DNA of 64,000 nt, taken from NCBI GenBank assembly GCA_051362555.1, contig CM120649.1, positions 9,548,001 to 9,612,000 of the forward strand, read 5' to 3'. Positions 51,503-64,000 of this stretch are shown here, in pieces. The notes below the pieces were generated by a model that did not search any database, was not told the origin of the DNA, and saw only the letters and a program-made list of their open reading frames with translations. The position numbers and the translations under genes are program-made. The DNA is from Lingula anatina. Taxonomy: Eukaryota > Animalia > Brachiopoda. Numbering within the stretch: the stretch's first letter is position 1; every line of letters begins with the position of its first letter.

Positions 51503-51613
51503 ATTCTGTTAATTGGCTTCAATATCTCTGAATTGTTTTAGGATTCACTGTAATGTATTCTGTTAATTGGCTTCAATATCTCTGAATTGTTTTAGGATTC
51601 ACTGTAATGTATT
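51503..51613. repeat. perfect 54-bp tandem duplication
   Basis: ATTCTGTTAATTGGCTTCAATATCTCTGAATTGTTTTAGGATTCACTGTAATGT at 51503 and 51557. Confidence 0.9.
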
Positions 51614-52649
51614 TTGTGTGTATCATGAGTATATAAGGAGAATAACTTTGTATCAGAGATCAGAGAGATTGGAGCTCAGAGCTCAGAGTGAGTTTGGTCA
51701 GTCAAACCAATAGCTAAATTAACCATGCCGTCTTAGGAGACTCAAGGGCCCAGTTTCATAAAGGACGTTTAGCACTAACCATGCAGTGTATAAGCCTAAC
51801 CAGTGGATAAATTCTCCTAACACCCCTAAACTAAAAGATGGTTAAAAGTGTGTTTCATAAACAGTGTATTGACCCAAGTATTGACTGGGCTGGCTCGTTT
51901 TTACCTAACTGATGGAATTTTAAATTGTAACTTCTGTTAACCCCATAGAGCCTGACAGCACCTGACCTAGAAAGTGCCCCTGGTCCTGAGCCCTCTACCC
52001 GGATGCACTCAATTTTACAGGCGGCCTCATTTAATCAATGATAATGTATTTACTTGTCTATAAAAAACACCTAAGAACTGTACATTCTTAGAAAGCCAAG
52101 AATGTAAGCTTAAAATTTATATCAGTTTTGTTCACATTTGGTAACTTTGGTAGAAATTGCAGGAGTTTAAATATGAGACTTGCTTTTCTCGAAGAAAAGT
52201 AAAAAACAAAACTTTAATTTCAGCATGCACATTCTTTTTCACTTAGCTAAATAATTGGTTGAAATTTTCTCATAAACATCCAAAATATGTTTTAAACAAT
52301 GTCAGAAAATTTCATAAAGATATCTTATTTAGTTTTTGAGTTATAATAAATTTCCTGGGATGCATGCTGTACCTAAAAACCTGCATCACATCAGAGAGTT
52401 GCACAATATATAGGCAGGCTAGCTGACTAGAAGACTTCCACCTTTTACTTTTATCATATTACAAATAGATTGTAAATTAAGTGCATTTTTCAATAGTTTT
52501 TCATAGTTTTTTTTTAATTTTTTTTATTTATCAACTGAACCAGGATAATCATAAAATTTTGTTTTGCACTCAAATCATATACAAGAATACAAACATTGTC
52601 ATCAGCAAATATTACACTTTCGTGGATAAAAATTGCATCATAAAAATAC

Positions 52650-52815
52650 AAGTAAATGTGCCATTTGTACTAATACACAAGCAGGAAAAGACATGTTGAT
52701 ACAGCGCACTAGTAAACATATTACATCTGTATTTATACACAAGCAGGGAAAGACATATGTTGATGCAGCACACAAGTAAACATATGTCATTTGTACTTAT
52801 ACATAAGTAGGAAAT
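52650..52815. repeat. ~62-bp minisatellite, about 2.7 copies
   Basis: ATACACAAGCAGG.AAAGACAT recurs at ~52672 and ~52734, with a partial third copy. Confidence 0.7.
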
Positions 52816-53366
52816 GTGGGATCTTTGCCCCACGTCTTATGTTTTAAGATATTTGATCAAATCGCAAAATATATGTTAATTCAACAGAAAAAAATTAGGA
52901 AATTGCCTAATTTGCAATATATATCATATGTATTCCAACTTCAAATTACATTCAGAATATTACTTCTATCCGATGCTCTTTTTGTACACTAAGACCCCAC
53001 TGCTACTTGGAATTGATGTCATATATGTTAATATAAAATCTGAAAATTGAATACAGTCTCAAACTAAATGCATTAGTCATAAATTATTACATAATATCAA
53101 GTTATGCTGAAATATAATTTCTTAAACCAAAAAAGTAATTGTTTTACGATGTTAAGGTTTATATATACATGCATAAGAAAGCTTAAAATTTGACCTTGAT
53201 GAACCTTTTGACTTATTTCTAATGAGGCATTACTTTCTCACACTGTTTATTCTCCAATTTTGATTATAAGCTTATATAACACTATGCCAAGTGGCAAGTT
53301 TACAAATCATTCACCAAATGCCATGCAATTTCTTACTCAAATAATGTTAAAAAAAGAATAACTGTG

Positions 53367-54170
53367 CTGAAATGAGTTTATTTCCATTTTAACACCTTTT
53401 TTTTTTACATTAAACAACTTAGAAAATTGTTGACATAGGAAAAATATCAACAGAACAATTTTATAGGCTATTTGCTCCTTTCTGAGATCCTGAACATAGG
53501 AATGATTGAATCTGACAAAGTGCAATGATATGAGTTTATTTCCATTTGTAACACTATACATGATAACAGGTTTATCATCATTTTTATATTATCAAGTAAC
53601 AATGTTGTTAAGATGCAAAAAATGTCAAAAGAACACTTTGACATATCTGATTAGTTCAATAATGAGACTGTTAACACGCCTTATAACTGAATCTGAGAAA
53701 AAGCCACTCATATACAAAAAAGGCATAACTTCATCAAAACTGAACCAAACTAAACCTGTATTTTAGTAAGATTGGTCATTCCTGTGAATTTCAAGATATG
53801 CCAATCGGTTTACCTGGAAATGTGTTGTCAGTGTTGCATAATACTGAAACATGGGACAAAATTGCATAACTTTTCTAAAAATGGTCTGATCATTTAACTA
53901 AGATTGATCACTTAATTCTGTGAGTTTCTGTCGGTTTACCTTGAAATGTGTTATTAGTGTTGCATATATGCTGAAAAAAGAGAAAAAACTTTAAAAAATG
54001 GCCCGTTCATGTTGATTTTGGAACTCAAGCAGCTTTTTATGAATATTCATTAGTTCTGCAAGTTTCAAGCCAAAAGGTAAAATCTTTTTCCACTATCATG
54101 TTATCGGTAAAAGTGCAAAGCAACAACAGCATCAACAGATGCAGGTGATGGCTATATGTACAGACACATA
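53367..54170 (-). mobile_element. partial, more diverged HINE-like copy
   Basis: Aligns with 24197-25257 and ends GGCTATATGTACAGACACAT with half of the terminal palindrome lost. Confidence 0.75.
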
Positions 54171-55729
54171 TATTTGATTTACTATACTTGCAAATGCATT
54201 TTTTTATAGCTCATACCTGTTATTCTCATCATGCAGTCTTGTATACAGCAATCACTGAAAATAGGAGTCCTTTAGTATAAAATGTTTGATGGCACAGCAG
54301 GCCAGCCCTAATAGACTTAATTAAAATTCATAGCAATATAGGGTCCTGGTCCTAAATAGTGCAAAATAATCCAGGGTGTATGATGAGTTTGCACATAATT
54401 TTTTCTCATGAAGGGGGATCCATTAGTTGGATCATTTGAAGTTGCATTGGTTTGAGTTGTTTGTAAAAAAAAAATCATGTGTTTCATTCTTTTTAAAGTT
54501 AAAAATACTTTAATTTTCTATTCAGTTAAAGGAGACATAAGTACTTGCATGGGAAAGCTAGTTACAATGTTCCACCTATTAAGTTATTGGTTATAAGTAT
54601 TTTCCTGGGGGAAGATTTGTATTGGGGATCGCTATACTTCCAAAAAATCCACTTATTTTTACTTAAAAATAAAGATTAAGTATTATAAAATATATAAATG
54701 AGCAGGTACGTATTACCGGCCAAGACTGTAGAGCAACACCAATCTAACTTCATTCATTTTCGGACATTTTCGGGGGGTACAGGTATATTTTTTGTTTGAA
54801 TGTCTTAATTAAGGAGTCAGTCAATATTGACCAACAAAATATACACAGGTATACTGTAACTATATATAACTATATATAGAGCAGGGAGGAAACATATATA
54901 CTGAGTTGCATGTCTGCTGACTGAAAATCTGCTTCGAAAACTAGAAAAACCGAAAATTAGACATACATCCCTTGAAATCGGTGCAGGGAAGTACCAGTAT
55001 AGGGATGTAGCCATTCAGCACAATCTGACCAGCACTCTCACCTTTTTAAATTTTATCGCCAGATTTAGGCGATTTGAGAAAACTTAAAAACAAAACAAAA
55101 CAAAACAAAATCCAAAACTCTGGAACACTTTCGTGCATTCACGTATCATATATAAGATATATTAAATATTCTAAAAACTGAAAAATGACGAAATTTTGCT
55201 ATCCCTGTGGCTTAACGAAACTTACCTTTTCATCGTTTCTGGCATGATCCTTCTGTACACTTTCACACTTGCTGAACATCAGCTACTGGAATTCATATGA
55301 AAAAGGAGTAGACTGGGCACCGCCTGCATGTAACTCTTTGCAACTCAGACGTTCAATATTCGCCTGTTCCAACATCGATGTACGCCCATTTATATAAAAA
55401 AATTCCTTAAACAAGTAGTTTACTTAAAAATGTACCAGGCTGAAACTAATATAGTGCGTTTCAAACAAATCTAGATTTAAACAATACAATGCATTACAAG
55501 CTGCTTTGACAGCAGAAAGCAGACGACCTCGGCATCTATGCAAGACAAGCCCAACACGCTCACTCACAGCGGTGAGTGTCAGTTTGCGTTAAACGTTTTT
55601 GACAAGGACGATATTTCATTACTTTAATAAATCTATGTATGAAAAGGTCACAAAATACTTACATTTAAAGAATCGCCTTTTTATTTATTTATTATTATTA
55701 TTTTATTTTTTTTAGAGTTTTGCACTCTT

Positions 55730-55899
55730 GCACTCAGAACCATTCGGATGCCTCCGCACTCGACAATAAATGTATGGAGCTTGCGGAGTCAGCCGAGGAT
55801 CAGTGCCGATTGGCACTCTTGAGAAGCAATCGGCAATCCTCGGCTCATTCCGCATTTCGTCATTGTCGAGTGCGGAGACATCCGAGTAGTTCCGAGTGC
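55730..55899. repeat. 170-bp GC-rich imperfect palindrome
   Basis: GCACTC.GAAC..CTCCGCACTCGACAAT..TGCGGA.T.AGCCGAGGAT..TGCCGATT pairs with AATCGGCAATCCTCGGCTCATTCCGCA..ATTGTCGAGTGCGGAG..GTTCCGAGTGC. Confidence 0.85.
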
Positions 55900-58800
55900 T
55901 TGAGAAGTGACCTCGGACCGGAAGACGAGCGGCACAAGCGGGAATTATGAAACAAAGAGAAGGACAAAGAGAGACGGTAGTGAGTCGCAGCTAGGAGAAA
56001 GACAGAAATCCGACGATATAAGTACTGTAGTCTTATACAATAGTGGGATTTCTACGACATCAGAGGTAAGAGATATTATATTTATTTAGCTAGATTACAG
56101 AGTTCATTTATTCTGTGATTCAACTTTCATATGATGAATCTGGCCAAGCACAGGTCTCAAACTACTGCGCATTCGTGAAAAGTACTCAGTTTGAAATGAA
56201 CAAATGGTGAAATTGACAAAGCCTGCCGGTGTTTACCGTCTGGTTGATTTGATTTAATTTGCTTTCTGGTGTTGTTTTGAGAAATTATATTAGAAATATT
56301 CTGTTGCTTTTATGTATTAAAAAGCAAATCCATCGGACTTTCCTAAGATTAACATTTATTTTGCCTGGGGGATTCCCTTCACATTTTTAGTGTTATATGT
56401 GGCCCCAAGGGGATTTTCCACCCCTTCCCTCACTTTTGATTAATACAATTCTTCATGGGCCAGATTGAAAATGATATTGCAAAATACATTCAAAATTGTA
56501 GGAAGGTTAATTGCAGATAATGCTGCGAGTACACTCTTGTGCGAAGGCGAACTTAGCCAGTATAATATTTTTTTTACTTCGTCTCCTGGTTTTGGAGCGC
56601 CTGTTCTAATTTTTGAAAGTGAGGCAATGAAACTAAACAATACTACGCAATTTGTAATCTCAAAAAATTGCTATTTTTAAATAAAGACCATAGCATGGAG
56701 TACATTGAAATGCGACTCATTTATTATTATGATCTTTAATAATAATTAATATAAAATATACGATTTAATAAGTTCTTGTTCCCGGCCTATTTATTAACTA
56801 ATTGATTTTTTTTAGTATTTGGAGATTAAAAACACAAAAGTTGTCTGGTTTCATATCCAGGCACCACATATTGTTCGTGTGCTGGTGGATGATAATCTCT
56901 CCTTTATTGATTAAGCTGTAAATTAAGACATTTTTATGTGCAGACACAGATGTGTCTGTACATATAGCCATCACCTGTGTCTGTTGTCGTCATTGTGTAC
57001 TTTCACCACCAATAACAAGATAAGTGAAAAACCGTTTTACCTTTTGACTTGAATCTTACAGAACTGATGAACATACATAATATGCAGGTCAAGTTCGAAA
57101 ATCGGCATGATCGGGCCATTTTTATGGAAGTCATGCTGTTTTTTTCACTTTTTTCAGTATATATACAATACCGATAACACGATAAATGAAAAAATGTTTT
57201 ACTTTTTGGCTTAAAACTTAAAGAACTGATGAATATTCACAAGTTCGAAAATCAGCATGATCGGGCCATTTTTATAAAAATTATGCTGTTTTTTCACTTT
57301 TTCAGCATATAGGCCTATGCAACACTGATAACACAAGTGGAAAACCGATTGGCCTTTTGTGTTGCAACTCACAGGAGAGATCAGTCTGACTAGTATACAG
57401 ATCAAGTTTGAAAATAAACTTGTTCAGTAAAGTTTTGATGAAGTTATGCCTTTTTTAGTATTAAGCGGTTTTTCTTCAGATTTAATTCTTAGGCATGTTA
57501 ACAGTCTCATTATAGAACTAATTAGATATGTAAAAGTGTTGTTTTGACATTTCCTGCATCTTTATAACATTGTTAGTTGATTATGTAAAAATGATGGTAA
57601 ACTTGTTATTGTGTATTATGTTATAAAGTGTCAAAAATGGAAATAAACTCATATCATTGCAGTTTATCAGATTCAATCATCTACTATCTTCAGAATCCCC
57701 GAATGGAGCAAATTGGACATTTAAAATTGTTCTATTGATATTTTTCCTATGTCCACAATTTTCTTAGTTGATCATATACAAATGGTAGTGAACTGTTTAT
57801 TTTGTTTTATGTTAAAAGAGTGTTTTAAAAATGGCATGCAGTTCAAATTAGAAAGCCAGCTCAATTGGGTTGTCATTTATTATTGAATTTATGCAATTTT
57901 GTGTGAAATTTTCATTTTTCTCATTCTGGCATTTTCAAAGTGTGAACTTGAACTCCCATGGGCCTGAAGCCATATGCTTGTTACACATTTTACTTACATT
58001 GGTATTACCTGTTGAGCATAATTAAAATTTGATGTTGAATTTGTAGTTAAGCATAATGTATTTTTACATCAGAATTGACAGTAGCCTATTTTTATGTACA
58101 GACACAGATGTGTCTGTACATATAGCCGTCATCTGCGTCTGTCACGCCGTCGTCGCCATCGCCGGCACTTTTACTGATAACACGATAAGTGGAAAACTGT
58201 TTTTTCTTTTGGTTTGAAACTTATAGAACTGATGAATATTCATAATACGCAGCAGGTCAAGTACAAAAATCAGCATGATCGGGTCACTTTTAGGGAATTT
58301 ATGCTGTTTTTTCACTTTTTTCAGCATATATATACAGCACCGATAACACGATAAGTGGAAAACCATTTTACCCTTTGGCTTGAAACTTACAGAACTGATG
58401 AATATTCATAATACGCAGGTCAAGTTCGAAAATCAGCATGATTGGGTCATTTTAAGGTAATTTATGCTGTTTTTCACTTTTTTCAGCATATATGCAGCAC
58501 CGATAACACGATAAGTGGAAAACCATTTTACCTTTTGGCTTGAAACTTACAGAACTGATGAATTTTCATAATACCCAGATCAAGTTCGAAAAATAAGCAT
58601 GATCGGGTCACTTTTAAGGAAGTTATGCTGTTTTTTCACTTTTTTCAGCATATATGCAGCACTGATAACACAATAAGTGGAAAACTGTTTTTTCCTTTGG
58701 TTTGAAACTTACAGAACTGATGAATATTCATAATACGCAGGTTAAATTAAAAAATTGGCATGATCGGGTCACTTTTAGGGAATTTATGCTGTTTTTTTCA

Positions 58801-59164
58801 CTTTTTTTAGCATATATGCAGCACCGATTACACGATAAGTGGAAAACCATTTTACTTTTTGGCCTGAAACTTAAAGAACTGATGAATATTCAAGTTTGAA
58901 AATTGGCTTGATTGGACTATTTTTACAAATTTAAAGTTATGCTATTTTTTTTCCATTATTCAGCATATATGCAACACTGATAACGCATTTTAAGGAAAAC
59001 CAATCAGCCTTTTGTCTTGAAACTTACAGGAGTGATCAGTCTGACTAATATACAAGTCAAGTTTGAAAATAGGCTTGATCAGTTAAGTTTTGATGAAGTT
59101 ATTAGTCTTTTTGTATATAAGTGTTTTTTCTTCAAATTGAATTCTTAGGCATGTTAACAGTCTC

Positions 59165-59166
<2 letters not shown>

Positions 59167-59212
<46 letters not shown>
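59167..59212. repeat. (TA)n microsatellite
   Basis: About 23 TA units. Confidence 0.95.
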
Positions 59213-59215
<3 letters not shown>

Positions 59216-59260
59216 AACTCAAAGATTAAAAGTTTGAATAGCAGCTTCATTGGAATTATA

Positions 59261-59491
59261 TTTACCTCTGCCAAGGAAGTTATGTTTTCACCCCTGTTTG
59301 TCTGTCATCAACATAACTCAAAAAGTTATGGACCGATTTTGATGAAATTTTCAGGAAGTGTCAGAAGTGGGTCAAGGAGGACAATGATTAGTTTTTGGTG
59401 GTGGTTCAGATCAATAATCTATCAATAATCAATAATTATCAAAAATTGCTGCCTTGGCAGAGGTCTGCGCTCTCAGAGTACTTTTCTAGTT
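59261..59491 (+). mobile_element. small HINE-like element of a second family
   Basis: Perfect 13-bp subTIRs ACCTCTGCCAAGG (59264) and CCTTGGCAGAGGT (59452), a 3' stem-loop CTCT-C-AGAG, a CTAGT end and T-rich flanks. Confidence 0.75.
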
Positions 59492-60112
59492 TTGTTATGT
59501 TTTCCTTTTTAATTTTTTTCAAACACTGGCATTTGTGACTTTTAACTCCCTTCCGCCTGAGGCTCTGCATATCTTCTGTATTTCCACATAAGCAGTTTTA
59601 TTGGTTTTTATGTCTTTAAACATTGTGTAATATTATTTTATGCACTGTCATGATTTTTCATATATTGGGACTTTCATCATATGAATTTGAACTCTCATGG
59701 TCCTGAAAGTGTAATCTTATTGAAGGGATGGATTGAGACCATCTTCTGGGTCTTCCGGAAGACGGTCGGGTTTTTAAGTTTATATTGACCGATATTTATT
59801 TTTTTTTCTTTTGGAAGACCATCAAAATGGAGGATGGATCAATAAAGATACTTTGGAATACTGCCAGAAAATATCTCTGGGTCCGCTCCTGTTATTGACC
59901 ATGTTACCTGTTGTGCATGATTAAAATTCAGTGTTGACTAACAGTGCTATTATAAGCATTATTTATGTATTATTGCATCAAAATTGACAAAATGACCTAT
60001 TTTGCATCATTATTTTCTGTTTTTTGTCTGTACATTTGACAGCTTTGCTGCCTTGTTTGCATTGTTATTTTCTGCTTTTTGTCTGTACATTAGACAGCTT
60101 TGCTGCCTTGTT

Positions 60113-60717
60113 AATTTTGTCTTTGGTGGTCCTCAGGTCGTTCTTTGGTATCTGTTTTGCCTTTTTAATCCCAGTTTGTATCGGTTGTCTTGGGTATTGT
60201 CTCCTTAATAGGAATCCTTCCAGCTCTTTGAGCCTTTGTTTTAATGTAGTTTCATTTGAGACAATTGTGCATAGTCTTCGAGCTAGGTTGTACAGTATGT
60301 TGTGCTTAATGTGTCTGGGATGACACGAGTTAAAAGGGAGATATTGTTTTGTGTCTGTTGTTTTGTGATACACATCTGTCTCCATTTTCCTTTTACACAC
60401 ATTACCATAACATCGAGGAATGGGAGTTGTGTTGAATTTGAATCCATCGTAAATTGTAAAGAGGGATGTAGGTTGTTAAGGATCAGGTTGAAGTCTTTCA
60501 ATTCATTTTCTGTTTTGTCCCAAATTATAAAGCAGTCATCAAGGAAACGTTTCCATGTGTTTTCTAATTGATTCCTAAATTCGAGTCCAAACCGTTCTTC
60601 GCATTTTTTGTAAAGGCCTTTCTCGATGTATCCTAAGACAAGTGTAGTATAAGTGGGAGCTACTTTTGTACCCATTGCAGTTCCTATTTTTTGGCGATAA
60701 TGTTTGCCATTGAAGTG
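60113..60717 (-). pseudogene. Penelope-like element reverse transcriptase fragment
   Basis: FNGKHYRQKIGTAMGTKVAP...WKRFLDDCF...LPFLDV, then after a frameshift TDVYHKTTDTKQYLPFNSCHPRHIK...LARRL...YP. Confidence 0.88.
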
Positions 60718-62279
60718 GACCCATTGTTACAGACGTCACATTTTAGCCTTTATGACATCACCTAGTAACAAATAAACAAAACCCCCTGAAGAAAGAATGA
60801 AACCGGTCGGGGCAAAATAGCTGATGTTTTTTTTTTTCTTTTTATTATATATATATATATATATTCTATAATGATTAGAAACAGCTTACAAAGAATTTAT
60901 TTATGTAACTTATCTAGAAGATAAGGCAAATGATCTTGTAATAAATTTAATGAGTGTATTACCTAAAGTTGCCTATAGAGTGCACTTTGCACTGCATATT
61001 TTTTATCTACTTATCAGAATCATGTCATTGTGAGCACTCCTGGTACTGAACTGCCAACATTTACCAAAGCAATGGCAGCACATGTAAACCACTGCATTAA
61101 AAGTGTTACCATATATGAATTTTGTATCACCATAGGATAAATTTCCCAAACTGATAACTGCTGAGTAAAATAAAGCATTGCCTAAAAATTATTTTCAAAA
61201 GAGGTACCAAAACAATCACTTTAAATTGAAAACACAACTTTGAAAGATATTATTATGACAAAAGGATAATGTTAAGGATTTATGATTTAATTTTCTTCGT
61301 TGTGCTACTGGTTATTTGCATGACATGAGGTGTGCCAATTTTGAAAGACATTTTATTTTGGTGTGAAACATTGCCTAGAAGAAAAAGAAATCCTATATTA
61401 CACATATAAATGAAAATTCACCATTTTACAATTTCTGCATTATTAGGCTGCCTAAGGATTTGTGGATGACAGACAACAATCTCACCACAGGCACATCAAC
61501 ACTCCTAAAATTCTCCACTGACCATACTGGTACAAGTAAAGCACAGACACAGAAAGTAAGTACTGCACAGCATTGTTAATATTAGCAAGAAAATTTATAC
61601 TTTGGCACTCCCATATAAAAGTTTTATTAATATTTCTATATGTGCTATCACATGAACAATATAGGTATAGTTTATACAGCAAATGGAGCCCAGTCATCGA
61701 ATGCAAGAGTGCTTGAATGTTTTTCTTTCCAATTCAGTACCAGTACATATTTTAATATGCATTTTAAGGAGTGCCAAGGCATACATTTTTGTGCCAATAT
61801 ATATATTAGTTAATTGTTGATCAGCTTTAGATTCTTTGTGTAACACAACTTGGCCAGAGCTTTGTAAACTAAGCTTTAAGGCAAAACTGACTTCATACTT
61901 TTTGTTACAGAATTGTGCCACAGTTTCACATAAAATATAATATTGACTTATCTAAACTTTAAGTCACTCAAAACTTACTGGCTAACTAAGTGTGTTTTGC
62001 AAAGAAACTAACATATTTGTTTTGAATGCTATTGATTGCAATGTACACTCACATGTTTGAAGAACTCTCTAAAATCACACGTAAGGTTTTGCTGGATATG
62101 ATGGCCCGTCAATGAATTGTATTGTATTGTATATTGCTATCTTTCAAAAGTAAGTGGTTGTTTATTGACAGTAAAGTTAATAAAAGCAAGGTTTTTATCA
62201 ATACGGTAATAGATCCATACAATTTGTATTATAAATCAAATCAAAGCATGAAAGATGTTGGCTAATTGAATTGAACAGG

Positions 62280-64000
62280 AATTTAGTGTTCCTGGGGGTG
62301 GGGCTGCTCCTAGGGGTAATTGATTTCAAGTTTTTGCATTGTAATATGCTATCTTTTCTTAGACTATAAAAATTACAGAATTGGAATTTCAAAAATTGAT
62401 CTACCTTTTATCAGAATAAGGCATAAGCCTTTTGGAATTTTGGTATATCTGGGGTTGAGGTTGCCCCTGAGGGTGCATGATTAAATTTTCACATGATAAT
62501 CTGTGCTACACTTGGCTATCCTTGTACATTCCAACTTCTGACACTCAGTCTCTCTAAAACAAATTGATTTTTTCTCCCATAAGTTTTTTTTTAACGCAAA
62601 ATTATGTTCTAGAACAAACCTTTGTTTTGCCCGATCCATTGTCAGTAAGCTGTCATTTACAACTAAAAGAAAAGGTGAGCTGTCATATCTTGCAAATTGT
62701 TTTACCTTTTTTCTTGAAGTGATGGGCTAAGACTGCAACTGACAACAGGCTGTCCCTGGGGGTGGTTGTTTCTGAATTCTTTTCACATTGTAATTTCCTC
62801 TATCTCCTCCTAGATCATTAGACATAGGAAGTTGAAACTTTGGTGATTGGAAGACATATCAGGGATGTGTGGGGTTATTTCTAAATTTTAGTGCAACAGG
62901 GGGTTGGACTGCCCCTGGGGGTGGTTGATTCTGAATTCTTATCACATAATGATTTGTCCTATCTCCCCCTAGACCTTAAGATTAGGAAGTTGAAAATTTG
63001 GTGATGGGTAAAGCTATTGTAAGGGATATACATAGGCATTGTGGAAATTTAGTGCAACAGGGGCCAAGCTGTCCCTGGGGGGGGGGGGGGGGGGGAGGAG
63101 GGCATAGATCCCGAATAGATCCCGTATTACTTTCCGCTGTCTCCTTGTAGACCATTAGACTTAGGTAATGAAAACTTTGGTGATTGGTTGAACTGTTGTC
63201 AGGGATGTGCATGGGCATTTGAAATTTTAGTACAACAAATGGAGTTGGGCTCACGGCTGTCCGGGGGGGGGGGGGTTGAATTAAAATTCTTTTTACTTTG
63301 TTTTTTCTATGAACTCCTCCTTATATCAGTTGAGTTGAATAGTTCAATTTTTGGTGATTTGTTAAACTTTTTTGCTTTTTGCAGAGATGGGCAGTGGTGT
63401 TTCAGAATTTAACCGTGCCTGGGGGTTGGACAGTTTTAGGGGGGGAGGGGGGGAGTTGATTCTAAATTCTTTTTATAGTGTAATTTCCACTCTCTCCTAG
63501 ACCATTAGACTTATAGGAATTTTAAACATTGGTGATGGTAAAGCTGTCAATAAAATAATAATAATTTATTCAGTTTTTCAAGGCCTCCGGCCCATAGTAC
63601 ATAATAGTAATAATAATAATAAAAATAATAATAATAATAATAAAGTCCATGAGAAGTATTAAGGATTATTTATTTTTGTCAGTGATCCAAAATTTCTTTT
63701 CTTAATATAAAAGCATTAGATAAAGCTGTCATCAGGGATGTGTATGGGCATTTCGGAATTTTAGTACAAAGGGGTGCCATGAACTGTCCGTGGGGAGTTT
63801 GGTTGTTTCTAAATACTTTTCGTAGTGTAATTTCTGCTATCTCCTCCTAGACCATTAGACATAGGAAGTTAAAACTTTGGTAATGGGTAAAGCTGTCTTC
63901 ATGGATGTGCATGGGCACAAAATTTTATAATGCCTGGGGGTTGGGCTGTCCCTGGGGGTGGTTGATTCTAAACTGTTATTACTGCTAGACCATAAGTATA
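62280..64000. repeat. diverged ~160-bp tandem array with G-runs, continuing past the window end
   Basis: GTCCCTGGGG-like anchor at ~62752, 62911, 63071, 63259, 63415, 63786 and 63948. CCTAGACCATTAGACATAGGAAGTTGAAACTTTGGTGAT is shared. Confidence 0.85.

Larger units (their letters stand above)
58091..60057 (+). mobile_element. HINE-like element, inner copy with a ~160-bp array
   Basis: Both termini intact; reverse complement of copies 1 and 2. Confidence 0.8.
56931..60112 (+). mobile_element. HINE-like element, outer copy (56931-58090 plus 60057-60112)
   Basis: Starts TTTTTATGTGCAGACACAGATGTGTCTGTACAT. Its terminal 55 bp (TGTCTGTACATTAGACAGCTTTGCTGCCTTGTT) resume after the inner copy. Confidence 0.75.

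Noticed and set aside
51937-51990. piggyBac-like left end TTAA|CCC
   Set aside because: No matching GGG|TTAA right end found.
55219-55390. Minus-strand exon ending in AAG|GTAAGT
   Set aside because: Stops in all three frames and no partner exons identified.
58380-58450. CTGATGA...CGAAA in each HINE monomer, suggesting a satellite-borne hammerhead ribozyme
   Set aside because: Stem II and stem I cannot pair around the core motifs.
80-63412. The many 60-130 aa ORFs in the ORF track
   Set aside because: Apart from those assigned above, they are antisense shadows of TE genes or chance frames in repeats and low-complexity DNA.

Overview
AT-rich eukaryotic DNA, probably from an invertebrate animal (inferred from the transposon repertoire). 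I found no recognisable host gene, RNA gene or CRISPR array. The window is almost entirely layered mobile DNA. Retroelements: one complete Ty3/Gypsy LTR retrotransposon (30182-35065; identical 157-bp LTRs, GCCTT TSD, tRNA-Leu-type PBS, one nonsense codon, a 249-bp in-frame duplication in gag), two degraded L1/Tx1-type LINEs and a Penelope-like RT fragment. DNA elements: a Sola3-like relic, an ISL2EU-like relic, several non-autonomous TIR elements with readable TSDs, and a Helentron-associated (HINE-like) family carrying ~161-bp tandem arrays. The clearest higher-order structures are (i) a ~500-bp satellite array inflated by serial insertions between 27.3 and 45.1 kb, including an 8.6-kb TAA-flanked TIR element that contains the Gypsy element, and (ii) a three-level HINE nest at 56.9-60.1 kb. 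I did not find a convincingly new biological system. Family assignments come from terminal signatures and remembered protein motifs, not database searches.
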